64,000 nt of DNA from Gammaproteobacteria bacterium (GTDB taxonomy: Bacteria > Pseudomonadota > Gammaproteobacteria > Pseudomonadales > JAUIET01). Both the position numbers and the translations under genes were made by a program. Below the pieces are notes generated by a model, which worked only from the letters and a program-made list of their open reading frames with translations, had not been told where the DNA came from and made no database searches. The stretch's first letter is position 1. Each line of letters begins with the position of its first letter. Location of the stretch: positions 81,591 to 145,590 of the forward strand of contig JAUIET010000011.1 of the NCBI GenBank assembly GCA_030429735.1, given 5' to 3'. Shown here piece after piece: positions 50,332 through 59,881 of this stretch.

Positions 50332-50526
50332 ATGTCAAAACTGAAAGTACACTCCGGAGCGGCCAAACGCTTCAAAAAATGTGCCTCGGGTTACAAGCGC
50401 AAGCATGCTAACAAGAGCCACATCCTGACCAAGATGACCACCAAGCGAAAACGTCAACTTCGCGGAACAGAGCTGGTTGATAAGGCTGATAAGCCCTTAA
50501 TCGACAAGATGCTGCGCGCCAAATAG
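50332..50526 (+). CDS. rpmI: 50S ribosomal protein L35
   Basis: [16 protein letters not shown]... 64 aa and very basic. Confidence 0.95.
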   Translation: MSKLKVHSGAAKRFKKCASGYKRKHANKSHILTKMTTKRKRQLRGTELVDKADKPLIDKMLRAK

Positions 50527-50557
50527 GCGATCACCCAGCGTATTTGTTCAGTGTGGT

Positions 50558-50583
50558 CGGGTGCTGCCCGCACCCGCATTTTC
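50558..50583 (+). terminator. stem-loop with T-tract between rpmI and rplT (attenuator/terminator-like)
   Basis: CGGGTGC (50558-64), loop tgccc, GCACCCG (50570-76), then cattttc. Confidence 0.4.
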
Positions 50584-50652
50584 AAAGAAAATGACAGCAT
50601 ATTGAAAATCGCATTTTCGATGTGCGTGTAGACAAACAGTCAGGAGTAAATC

Positions 50653-51021
50653 ATGCCACGAGTAAAGAGAGGCGTTACGGCGAACCGTCGTCACAAGAAA
50701 GTATTAAAGCAAGCCAAAGGTTATAAAGGTGCACGCAGTCGCATTTACCGCGTGGCCAAACAGGCCGTTATCAAAGCAGGTCAATATCAGTACAGAGACC
50801 GCCGGCAGCGTAAGCGTCAGTTTCGTGCCCTGTGGATCACCCGTATTAACGCGGCAGCTCGTGAAAACGGCTTGACCTACAGCCGTCTGATCAATGGCTT
50901 GAACCGTGCCGGTATTGAGCTTGACCGCAAAGTCATGGCAGACATGGCTGTGAACGACAAGGAAGGTTTTGCAGTATTGGCCAATACCGCAAAAGAAGCG
51001 TTAGAAGCAGCTGCCGCCTAG
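50653..51021 (+). CDS. rplT: 50S ribosomal protein L20
   Basis: [24 protein letters not shown]... Confidence 0.95.
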   Translation: MPRVKRGVTANRRHKKVLKQAKGYKGARSRIYRVAKQAVIKAGQYQYRDRRQRKRQFRALWITRINAAARENGLTYSRLINGLNRAGIELDRKVMADMAVNDKEGFAVLANTAKEALEAAAA

Positions 51022-51053
51022 GCAGTTGGTCTGGCGTCCGCCCGTGATGTTGA

Positions 51054-52088
<1,035 letters not shown>

Positions 52089-52100
52089 GCGGGCGACCAC

Positions 52101-54491
52101 ATGAAAATTAGCCTGAATTGGTTGCGCGAGTGGGTTAATCCGGACGTGTCGGTCGAGGAGTTGGCTGAGCAGCTCACCATGGCAGGCCTGGAAATTGATG
52201 GTGTTCAAGATCTGGGAACGCATCTGGGTGGTGTTGTTGTTGGGCATATTGTTAGTGCAGAGCCGCACCCGGACGCCGACAAACTTCAAGTCTGCGGTGT
52301 CGATTTTGGCGGCAAGCACGCTCAAATTGTTTGCGGTGCGCCGAACGCGCGCGTTGGGTTGAAGGCGCCATTGGCCACGATTGGTGCAGAATTGCCACCG
52401 AAGGACGGCGGTAAGCCGTTCAAAATCAAGAAAGCAAAACTCCGCGGTGTGGAGTCGCAAGGTATGTTGTGTGCGCAGGATGAGTTAGGCTTGGGCGAAG
52501 ACCATGATGGTTTGTGGGAATTACCTGACAACGCTGTTGTCGGTCAGCCTTTGGCGGAGTTTCTTGGCCTGCCCGATACTGTTCTTGAGGTTGACTTAAC
52601 CCCAAACCGGAGCGACTGTTTGTCTGTATCCGGGGTAGCGCGGGAAGTGGGAGTGATCAACCGGCTGCCCGTGTCGGAGCCCGAGATTGCGGCAGTGGCC
52701 GCGACCACCAATAAGAGTTTCCCGGTCAGGATAACGGCCAGCGCTGACTGCCCACGGTACCTTGGCCGGGTGATCAGTAATGTTGATTTGAGCGTTCCCA
52801 CACCCTCATGGATGGCTGAGCGACTGCACAGAGCAGGCATGCGCAGTATCGACCCTGCAGTCGATGTAACCAATTACGTGATGCTGGAATTAGGGCAGCC
52901 AATGCATGCGTTTGATCTTGATGCCCTGAGCGGTCAAATTACAGTGCGTCTCGCCGAGGCGGGTGAGTCTCTTACCCTTTTAGACGGGTCCGAGATAAGC
53001 CTGGACGAGCGTTGCCTGCTGATCACAGACGACAACAAGCCTTTGGCCCTGGCCGGCATCATGGGCGGTATGGGTAGCGGCGTTAAATCCGGTACTCGAC
53101 ACTTAATGCTGGAAGCTGCGCATTTCACCCCGGAAAAGATAGCCGGCCGCGCTCGCCACTATGGCTTGCATACAGAATCCTCACATCGCTTCGAGCGTGG
53201 CGTTGACCCTGAGTTGCCGCGCAAAGCGATGGAGCGTGCCACGCAGCTGCTGATGGATATCGTAGGCGGCGAAGCAGGCCCGGTGACCGAAGCTTTTGAG
53301 GCAGATAAGCTCAGGGCGCCAGCTGAGATTCCGTTGCGCAGAGGGCAAATTAAACGCCTGCTGGGCTTTGAATTGCCGGATCACCAGGTAGAAGACATAT
53401 TGTGCCGCTTGGGTATTGCGCTGCAAGCACGCGATGACGGATGGCTGGCCACGGCGCCAAGCGCCCGATTTGACTTGCAACTCGAAGCAGACCTGCTGGA
53501 AGAGCTGGCCCGCATCTATGGCTATAACGCGCTGCCAACCAGCCATTTAAAGCACGCCGGTGCGCTGGCTCCTAGCGCTGAGGGGAAGATAGCTTTGTCC
53601 AGCTTACGGCGTCAATTATGCGCTTTGGAGTATCAGGAAGCGGTCACCTACAGCTTTATTGACCCTGAATTGCATCAACAGTTTTACGGCAGTGATCCTG
53701 TCGTGCCGCTGCGTAATCCAATATCCAGCGAAATGTCCTGGATGCGCACCAGCTTGCTGCCCGGTTTGGTGGATGCTTTGGCCTACAACATAAACAGGCA
53801 GCACAGTCGGGTTCGTTTGTTTGAAACCGGGCAGTGCTTCATTCAGTCTGATGATCAGTTGAATCAGGTTCAGAAATTGGGTGCTGTTGTTTGCGGCTCA
53901 CGTTTGGCCGAGCGTTGGTCGCATGAGAAAACAGCCGTTGATTTCTATGATCTGAAAGGTGATGTCGAGTCGCTGTTCGGTCTGGGGGCACGCGAGGACC
54001 TGCTGACGTTTGCGGCGTCTGAACATAAGGCAATGCACCCTGGTCAATGTGCGAGCATTGAGTTCAATAACGTGATAATCGGGCATGTCGGTGCACTGCA
54101 TCCGCGACTCTCTGCGAGCTTAGAGCTACCGGAGAGTGTGTTGTTGTTCGAGATTGGCCTTGAACCTTTACTTGAGGGAAGGCTTCCAAGTTACCAAAAA
54201 ATATCGAAATTTCCGGAAGTGCGCCGAGATTTGGCTATGCTTATAGATCAATCACTCAGCGTTTCCCAGATAGCCTCTGTGGTGCGTGAAACGGCGGGTC
54301 CGAATTTGACCGATCTTATAGTGTTCGATGTGTACGCAGGTAAAGGCATACCGGAAGGGCAAAAAAGTTTGGGTCTGGGCTTGACCTTGCAAGACCATTC
54401 ACGCACTCTATCGATTGAGGACATAAGCAGTTGCCTCAGCCGAATCGTGGCGAAATTAGAAAAAGAATTTGGGGCGTCATTAAGGAATTGA
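52101..54491 (+). CDS. pheT: phenylalanyl-tRNA synthetase beta subunit
   Basis: 796 aa. N-terminus [12 protein letters not shown], a tRNA-binding domain, and a B3/4, B5, FDX-ACB layout. Confidence 0.97.
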   Translation: MKISLNWLREWVNPDVSVEELAEQLTMAGLEIDGVQDLGTHLGGVVVGHIVSAEPHPDADKLQVCGVDFGGKHAQIVCGAPNARVGLKAPLATIGAELPPKDGGKPFKIKKAKLRGVESQGMLCAQDELGLGEDHDGLWELPDNAVVGQPLAEFLGLPDTVLEVDLTPNRSDCLSVSGVAREVGVINRLPVSEPEIAAVAATTNKSFPVRITASADCPRYLGRVISNVDLSVPTPSWMAERLHRAGMRSIDPAVDVTNYVMLELGQPMHAFDLDALSGQITVRLAEAGESLTLLDGSEISLDERCLLITDDNKPLALAGIMGGMGSGVKSGTRHLMLEAAHFTPEKIAGRARHYGLHTESSHRFERGVDPELPRKAMERATQLLMDIVGGEAGPVTEAFEADKLRAPAEIPLRRGQIKRLLGFELPDHQVEDILCRLGIALQARDDGWLATAPSARFDLQLEADLLEELARIYGYNALPTSHLKHAGALAPSAEGKIALSSLRRQLCALEYQEAVTYSFIDPELHQQFYGSDPVVPLRNPISSEMSWMRTSLLPGLVDALAYNINRQHSRVRLFETGQCFIQSDDQLNQVQKLGAVVCGSRLAERWSHEKTAVDFYDLKGDVESLFGLGAREDLLTFAASEHKAMHPGQCASIEFNNVIIGHVGALHPRLSASLELPESVLLFEIGLEPLLEGRLPSYQKISKFPEVRRDLAMLIDQSLSVSQIASVVRETAGPNLTDLIVFDVYAGKGIPEGQKSLGLGLTLQDHSRTLSIEDISSCLSRIVAKLEKEFGASLRN

Positions 54492-54493
54492 GC

Positions 54494-54802
54494 ATGTCGT
54501 CGCGAGCATTAACCAAAGCCGATATGGCAGAGCGGCTGTACGAGGAACTTGGGCTGAACAAGCGTGAAGCCAAAGAGATCGTAGAGCTGTTTTTCGAAGA
54601 AATTCGAAATTCGCTAGAACATAATGAACACGTAAAGCTGTCCGGTTTCGGAAATTTTGATCTGCGGGACAAGTCTGAACGCCCGGGTCGAAACCCTAAA
54701 ACCGGGCAGGAAATTCCAATTTCAGCGCGTCGGGTGGTTACTTTCCGCCCCGGCCAGAAGTTGAAAGCCAGAGTAGAGGCGTATGCTGGAACCAAGCCAT
54801 AA
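54494..54802 (+). CDS. ihfA: integration host factor subunit alpha
   Basis: From the ATG at 54494: [32 protein letters not shown]...[26 protein letters not shown]. Confidence 0.95.
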   Translation: MSSRALTKADMAERLYEELGLNKREAKEIVELFFEEIRNSLEHNEHVKLSGFGNFDLRDKSERPGRNPKTGQEIPISARRVVTFRPGQKLKARVEAYAGTKP

Positions 54803-55139
54803 CGACGAACTACCGGTAATACCGGGTAAGCGTTATTTCACAATTGGAGAAGTCAGCGAACTCTGCAATGTAAAACCACACGTATTGCGCTACTGGGAAC
54901 AAGAGTTTCCGCAACTCAAGCCGGTAAAGCGTCGGGGTAATCGCCGATACTACCAACGGCAAGACGTAATAATGATCCGCCAGATCAGAAGCCTGTTGTA
55001 CGATCAGGGCTTCACCATCGGCGGCGCTCGCCAGCGAATGTCCGGCGATGAAGCGAAAGAAGATAAGAGCCAATACCTCCAATTGATTCGTCAGATGATC
55101 AATGAGCTGGAAGACGTTCTCGGCGTGCTGAAGTCCTAA
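54783..55139 (+). CDS. MerR-family transcriptional regulator
   Basis: [40 protein letters not shown] is a MerR HTH. The position after ihfA matches the conserved Pseudomonas-type arrangement. Confidence 0.8.
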   Translation: MLEPSHNDELPVIPGKRYFTIGEVSELCNVKPHVLRYWEQEFPQLKPVKRRGNRRYYQRQDVIMIRQIRSLLYDQGFTIGGARQRMSGDEAKEDKSQYLQLIRQMINELEDVLGVLKS

Positions 55140-55484
55140 ACGATATCCATTTTCCTCAACCTCTGTACAGTTTGAAGTTTACCCCCTAATTATCTGATTC
55201 CAGAGGCAAAGTAGCTCAATAGTGCTGTGCTGCACTGCGCTGTTGATGTCTTGTATCGCCGGCCCAAAATCACGTCGTTATATGGGGGTAGCGGGAATGG
55301 ATTATTCGCATTCAATAGTTGTTAGCTTTGCTGAATTTTTGCGTCTATCGGTTGACAGAAATTGCCTCATCAGCCAGTCTACGCACCCTTCGAATCAAAG
55401 CAAAAAAGTGCCTTCGCACCTGTGTGTTTTGAATCGAATTTACTCTAGATGTTCGTCACTTCTTACTGAGAGCATCATGATATT

Positions 55485-55561
55485 CGGGGCGTAGCGCAGC
55501 TTGGTAGCGCACCACACTGGGGGTGTGGTGGTCGCAGGTTCAAATCCTGCCGTCCCGACCA
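55485..55561 (+). tRNA. tRNA-Pro (anticodon GGG)
   Basis: Cloverleaf: CGGGGCG-TA-GCGC-AGCTTGGTA-GCGC-A-CCACA-CTGGGGG-TGTGG-TGGTC-GCAGG-TTCAAAT-CCTGC-CGTCCCG-A-CCA. 77 nt. Confidence 0.9.
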
Positions 55562-55570
55562 ATTTTTGAC

Positions 55571-56154
55571 GGTCTGTTCTGGTCTATCAGGTTATTCAGC
55601 TTCAGTAGAATTGCATCTCCGGGGTTGGACGGCGGATTGCCGGTCCGCAAGCACAGCTTGCGGCCGTTCGCGCCTCGCGAAGCGGTGCTTCACGTTTCGC
55701 GTTGCGAAACCGGCGCTCACCCTGCCGTCCCACTTCGATGAGAGTTGGGGGCTGCTGCTATTTTCTAGTGGTCCGCTCCGGTTTATCAGGTTATTCAGCT
55801 TCAGTAGAATTGCATCTCCGGGGTTGGACGGCGGATTGCCGGTCCGCAGGCACAGCTTGCGGCCGTTCGCGCCTCGCGAAGCGGTGCTTCACGTTTCGCG
55901 TTGCGAAACCGGCGCTCACCCTGCCGTCCCACTTCGATGAGAGTTGGGGGCTGCTGCTATTTTCTAGCGGTCCGCTCCGGTTTATCAGGTTATTCAGCTT
56001 TAGTAGAATTGCATCTCCGGGGTTGGATGGCGGATTGCCGGTCCGCAAGCACAGCTTGCGGCCGTTCGCGCCTCGCGAAGCGGTACTTCACGTTTCGCGT
56101 TGCGAAACCGGCGCTCACCCTGCCGTCCCACTTCGATGAGAGTTGGGGGGCTGC
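55571..56154 (+). repeat. tandem array of ~2.9 copies of a 199-bp unit just downstream of tRNA-Pro (candidate structured ncRNA modules)
   Basis: The landmark gttattcagc recurs at 55591, 55790 and 55989, so the period is 199. Only 5 substitutions were seen between copies. Each unit ends with cctgccgtccca, which copies the tRNA-Pro 3' segment cctgccgtccc. Confidence 0.9.
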
Positions 56155-56237
56155 ATCGGCTGAGTGAAATCGTGGATCTTGCTGAAATGGTTGTGGTATT
56201 TTGACTGTGAAAATGTAGCGGCGGGGCGAGTAAAACG

Positions 56238-56630
56238 GTGAGTGACGTTGTGGCGTGTTGGCGGTGTGGGGCTGTTCTGCAAAATCTTATCTTGCCTCTG
56301 TCGCGACGTGAAGAATGTTCTGCATGTGCGGCCGATCAGCATGTTTGCAAGATGTGCGAGTACTTTGAAGCCAATACTATTGTGCAGTGCACGGAGGAGC
56401 GCGCTGAACCGCCTGGCGATAAGGAAGCGGCCAATTTCTGTGACTACTTTTCTCTGAACAAGGCGGGCGCTACTGCCACTCATTCAGCGGAACGCGCCCG
56501 ACAACAGCTCGATGAGTTATTCGGTGGTGCCGTCGGTTCGCTCGCTGAACACGAGCCCACAGATCCCGATCCCGGTAGCGCGAATGCATTTGATGCGGAG
56601 GCCGAGCTTAGAAAATTATTTGACGACTAG
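56238..56630 (+). CDS. hypothetical Cys-rich (zinc-ribbon-like) protein with acidic C-terminus
   Basis: GTG start. Cys pairs: CWRCG...CSAC...CKMCEYF...C...C. 130 aa. No family was recognised. Confidence 0.5.
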   Translation: MSDVVACWRCGAVLQNLILPLSRREECSACAADQHVCKMCEYFEANTIVQCTEERAEPPGDKEAANFCDYFSLNKAGATATHSAERARQQLDELFGGAVGSLAEHEPTDPDPGSANAFDAEAELRKLFDD

Positions 56631-56730
56631 TCCAGCGGGCAACACGCGATTACCGAGTGCTTTTGACTGGGCTCATTGGATTGGTCAGTATCCGGGGTAT
56701 ATACTGATGGCCGCGTAAGTGGAGTGACGT

Positions 56731-57735
56731 ATGTCTAGGTTCAAAGTAGGGTTGCTTGGTGGTGGTTCCTGGGGAACGACAGTGGCATCACTTGTGGCGC
56801 GCAATGCCCCGGTAACTTTGTGGGCACGTGATTCGAACACGGTAGCCGAAATTAATGAGCAGCATACTAATTCAAAGTATCTTCCCGACGCGCAGCTGCC
56901 AACGGCGTTGACAGCGACTAGTGATATCGCCGAGGCGGTAGGCAACACCGACGTCGTGATTATGGGCATACCGTCGCACAACTTTCGCAGCGTGATGCAG
57001 CAGGTGGCAGACAATATTCGCCCCTGGGTTCCCATTATCAGCTTAACCAAAGGTCTTGAACTGGATACGCGCATGCGCATGACTGAGATCATGCATGAGG
57101 TTGCACCCGGGCATCCTGTGGGTGTGTTGAGTGGACCGAATCTTGCGCGGGAGATCATGGCCGGCAAGGCCGCCGCAAGCGTGATTGCAATGGAAGACGC
57201 CATTATCGTAAGAGAACTGCAATCGCTGTTCAGTAGCGGATTGTTTCGTGTTTATACCAACGAAGACGTGGTTGGATGCGAGTTGGGTGGTGTGTTGAAA
57301 AACATCATTGCCATTGCTGTAGGCATGGGCGACGGACAAGGTGCGGGAGACAATACCCGTTCCGCATTAATCACCCGTGGGCTCGCAGAGGTAACTCGCC
57401 TGGGGGTTGCTTTGGGAGGCAAGGCTGAGACCTTCGCGGGGCTTGCCGGCATGGGTGACATGATTGCAACCTGCACCAGCCCGCAAAGTCGTAATCGCCA
57501 TGTGGGTGTTGAGCTTGGCAAAGGCCGAAAAATGCAGGAGATCATCGATGAGATGGTAATGGTTGCTGAAGGGGCGAAGAGCGCGCCTGCCGTTATTTCA
57601 TTGGCCGAAGAACACGGGATTGAAATGCCCATAGCGCAAGATGTCTATCGTGTTTTACAGGGTGAATCCACGGCCAGTCGCGCTTATCGTGGTTTACTCA
57701 GGGTTTCTCCCGGCGCAGAATCCGAACCCGGCTAG
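56731..57735 (+). CDS. gpsA: NAD(P)H-dependent glycerol-3-phosphate dehydrogenase
   Basis: VGLLGGGSWGTTVA, GPNLAREI and LKNIIAIAVGM motifs. Confidence 0.95.
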   Translation: MSRFKVGLLGGGSWGTTVASLVARNAPVTLWARDSNTVAEINEQHTNSKYLPDAQLPTALTATSDIAEAVGNTDVVIMGIPSHNFRSVMQQVADNIRPWVPIISLTKGLELDTRMRMTEIMHEVAPGHPVGVLSGPNLAREIMAGKAAASVIAMEDAIIVRELQSLFSSGLFRVYTNEDVVGCELGGVLKNIIAIAVGMGDGQGAGDNTRSALITRGLAEVTRLGVALGGKAETFAGLAGMGDMIATCTSPQSRNRHVGVELGKGRKMQEIIDEMVMVAEGAKSAPAVISLAEEHGIEMPIAQDVYRVLQGESTASRAYRGLLRVSPGAESEPG

Positions 57736-57741
57736 CCATTG

Positions 57742-58575
57742 CTAAGTGCTTTTCTCCGCTCTTTGCCGATACTTCTCTTTATTCTTCCGGCCAATTTCGT
57801 ACAAGCGTTTGCGGCTACCCCGGCGTAGTTTTGGAAACAGATAACTAAGCGTTGTTAATCTGCCACTCGCGGCCGGCATCGCAATTTCAATGGCTTCGCC
57901 CCTTGCCAACTGCACTATGGCATCGGCCACTTGCTCCGCAGTGCTCATGGGCTGTGAATACACAATGTCTTCAACCTGGTCGATCTCGTCCATTATGAAA
58001 CCAGTGTCAATAGGTCCGGGTGACACCACGCCAACGGCAATATTGTGTTCCAGCAGTTCATCTGCCAGGCCATACGTAAACGACCGAAGACCGGCTTTGG
58101 TTGCAGCGTAGGTTGCGGCTCCTTGCATAGGGGTTCGCCCGGCCAGCGAACCAACATTAACAATCGCTGCTTCATCTGCCTTCTTCAGATGTGGCAGTGC
58201 AGCAGCTGTAAGGAACAGCGGTGCCCGCAAATTAATATCAACCATGGCGGCCAGGTCTTCGCCTGTTCTGTCTTCCACATTGCCCCTGCGATGGGTGCCT
58301 GCGTTGTTCACAAGGCAGTTAATGCCACCGAATTCGCTTACTGTTTTTTCAATCAGCTCTTTACAGCGTTGTTCGTCCGCTACGTCCATGGCAAAAGTGC
58401 TCACGCGTGTGATGGCGTCAAGCTCCCCGGCAATGTCATCCAATGCCTCACGTCCCCTGGCTGCAAGCATCAGGTGTGCTCCCAGCTTGGCGAATGCGCG
58501 TGCTGTGGCCGCGCCCACTCCCGCGGATGCGCCTGTAATGATGATCGTTTTGTTACTAAAGTCTTTTATAGCCAT
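57742..58575 (-). CDS. SDR-family oxidoreductase
   Basis: IIITGASAGVGAATA (TGxxxGxG), NNAG and YAATKAG (YxxxK) motifs. Confidence 0.85.
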   Translation of the reverse strand: MAIKDFSNKTIIITGASAGVGAATARAFAKLGAHLMLAARGREALDDIAGELDAITRVSTFAMDVADEQRCKELIEKTVSEFGGINCLVNNAGTHRRGNVEDRTGEDLAAMVDINLRAPLFLTAAALPHLKKADEAAIVNVGSLAGRTPMQGAATYAATKAGLRSFTYGLADELLEHNIAVGVVSPGPIDTGFIMDEIDQVEDIVYSQPMSTAEQVADAIVQLARGEAIEIAMPAASGRLTTLSYLFPKLRRGSRKRLYEIGRKNKEKYRQRAEKST

Positions 58576-58581
58576 TGCTAA

Positions 58582-59667
58582 TTACACCAGTTCGATTATT
58601 TGCCCTTCATGTGGCGCGCTGCACCCACTGCACACGGCTTCATAAATTGCGTTTAGGCCACTTAGATTTCTGTGCCGACTGAGTGTCAACCAGTCACCGC
58701 TGCGCCGGATCGCAGACTGCACAAAACCGGAAGATCTTCGTTCAAATTCATCAGCACCCCATTCAGCAGCGCGCTTTTGAATATGACCCGGTGCAAAGAA
58801 GAACTCGCTGCGCTCGGTGATTATCTTTTCGTTGGTGGACGCCCGATCCCAATGCGTAAGACCCACATTGACAGTGAATTTCATATTCTCACCCAGCTGT
58901 TCGTGAAGTGTGCCCAGCAATTCACTATTGCCCGACATGTCAACGATTGTGGTTGGCGTGCTGCTGTCAATACTCGTCAAACTGTTGTAATCGTATACTC
59001 TATCAAATACCCCTAGTTCAGACACAAAGGTCTGGTTTCTGGCAGACGTTAGCCCTATGGTCGGCGGAGTATCTGCAGTATCTTTCAGCGCATAGCCTAA
59101 ACCGATACTGGTTTTGCTGGAGGCGCTGAGAATTAGGATTTGCCTGGCCCCATACCAATCGTTGTCGAGCAGCGCATCACCCAGACAATAACCGGTGGCG
59201 TAAAGTGGCCACAACAACATTCGTTCGGAGTCTATTGATGGGTCGTAGTCAGCTTCGTTATTGACGCGGCGATATCGATTATAAGTGGGTGGCAATTCCG
59301 CGCGATGTGCAGACGCATCCATTAATGCATCTGCTGTTACTTTGCCCGGGGTTAACTTCAGCTCTGAGGCCGGCGGGAAATAACCGAATAATTTTTCACC
59401 AACCGGTACATCCTGATGCTTGGATTGCGTTACTTCTGCAAAACCCCAAACCGGAATAATGCCCCAGTCCTGTGCATTGTCTCCATGCGGCGGGAAAAAC
59501 TGCCAGTAGCCGATCATGTCGGCCGCTACTGCGTAAGTGATATTGTTTGCAGTGAACGCAAACTTAGTGACGTTTACAACCACTTCTCCGTGTTCTGCCG
59601 TCAGAGGCGGAACATCTACGATTCGAGTCTTTGTATAGTCATCTTTTCGTGTCTGAAATTCGGCCAT
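58582..59667 (-). CDS. DUF2855-family protein
   Basis: 361 aa. The segment FAFTANNITYAVAADMIGYWQFFP matches my recollection of DUF2855. There is a 6-nt gap to the downstream SDR gene, suggesting an operon. Confidence 0.6.
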   Translation of the reverse strand: MAEFQTRKDDYTKTRIVDVPPLTAEHGEVVVNVTKFAFTANNITYAVAADMIGYWQFFPPHGDNAQDWGIIPVWGFAEVTQSKHQDVPVGEKLFGYFPPASELKLTPGKVTADALMDASAHRAELPPTYNRYRRVNNEADYDPSIDSERMLLWPLYATGYCLGDALLDNDWYGARQILILSASSKTSIGLGYALKDTADTPPTIGLTSARNQTFVSELGVFDRVYDYNSLTSIDSSTPTTIVDMSGNSELLGTLHEQLGENMKFTVNVGLTHWDRASTNEKIITERSEFFFAPGHIQKRAAEWGADEFERRSSGFVQSAIRRSGDWLTLSRHRNLSGLNAIYEAVCSGCSAPHEGQIIELV

Positions 59668-59881
59668 CTTACTTGCTCCAGGTGGGCTTACTTTGCAATG
59701 GCTGCCACTTTATCAACAAATAGCCTGCTGGTGGCAGTGCTTTCACTCATAGATTTGCGAACAGTTTTGCGCATTACCGCTCTATTTCATGCACACATCG
59801 CCCGCAACTCGCGTTATATTGCGGCAGTGGCACTTTTGTGGCTACGGTGAACCTGTTTGACGGAAAGGAACGTACCAACAC

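Noticed and set aside
47496-50621. Recurring palindrome GAAAA(A)TCGCATTTT(T)C at ~47496-47512 (upstream of tRNA-Val) and ~50607-50621 (upstream of rplT)
   Set aside because: - The shared core is only about 13 nt.
- A rough estimate (N^2/2 divided by 4^13, both strands) predicts tens of chance 13-mer coincidences in 64 kb.
- There is no third copy or associated regulator, so it is kept only as a note.
55222-55494. 90-aa + ORF upstream of tRNA-Pro
   Set aside because: - It runs into the tRNA gene and has Cys/Ser-rich, AT-biased composition.
- It has no SD.
- The region is more likely the tRNA promoter/leader. A TTGACA hexamer at 55351 has no acceptable -10, so no promoter was called either.
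55571-56154. CRISPR array?
   Set aside because: - The units are 199 bp and contiguous, with no unique spacers.
- No cas genes are present.
- This is a tandem duplication, not repeat-spacer architecture.
55523-56167. Long + strand ORFs (72-145 aa) running through the tRNA-Pro-linked repeats, with recurring peptide RIASPGLDGGLPVR(K/R)HSLRPFAPREAVLHVSRCETGAHPAVPLR
   Set aside because: - The repeat period is 199 nt, not a multiple of 3, so each copy is read in a different frame and the ORFs overlap each other.
- No SD or start context is present.
- The composition reflects GC-rich hairpin arms.
- They are better explained as by-products of a structured RNA repeat.
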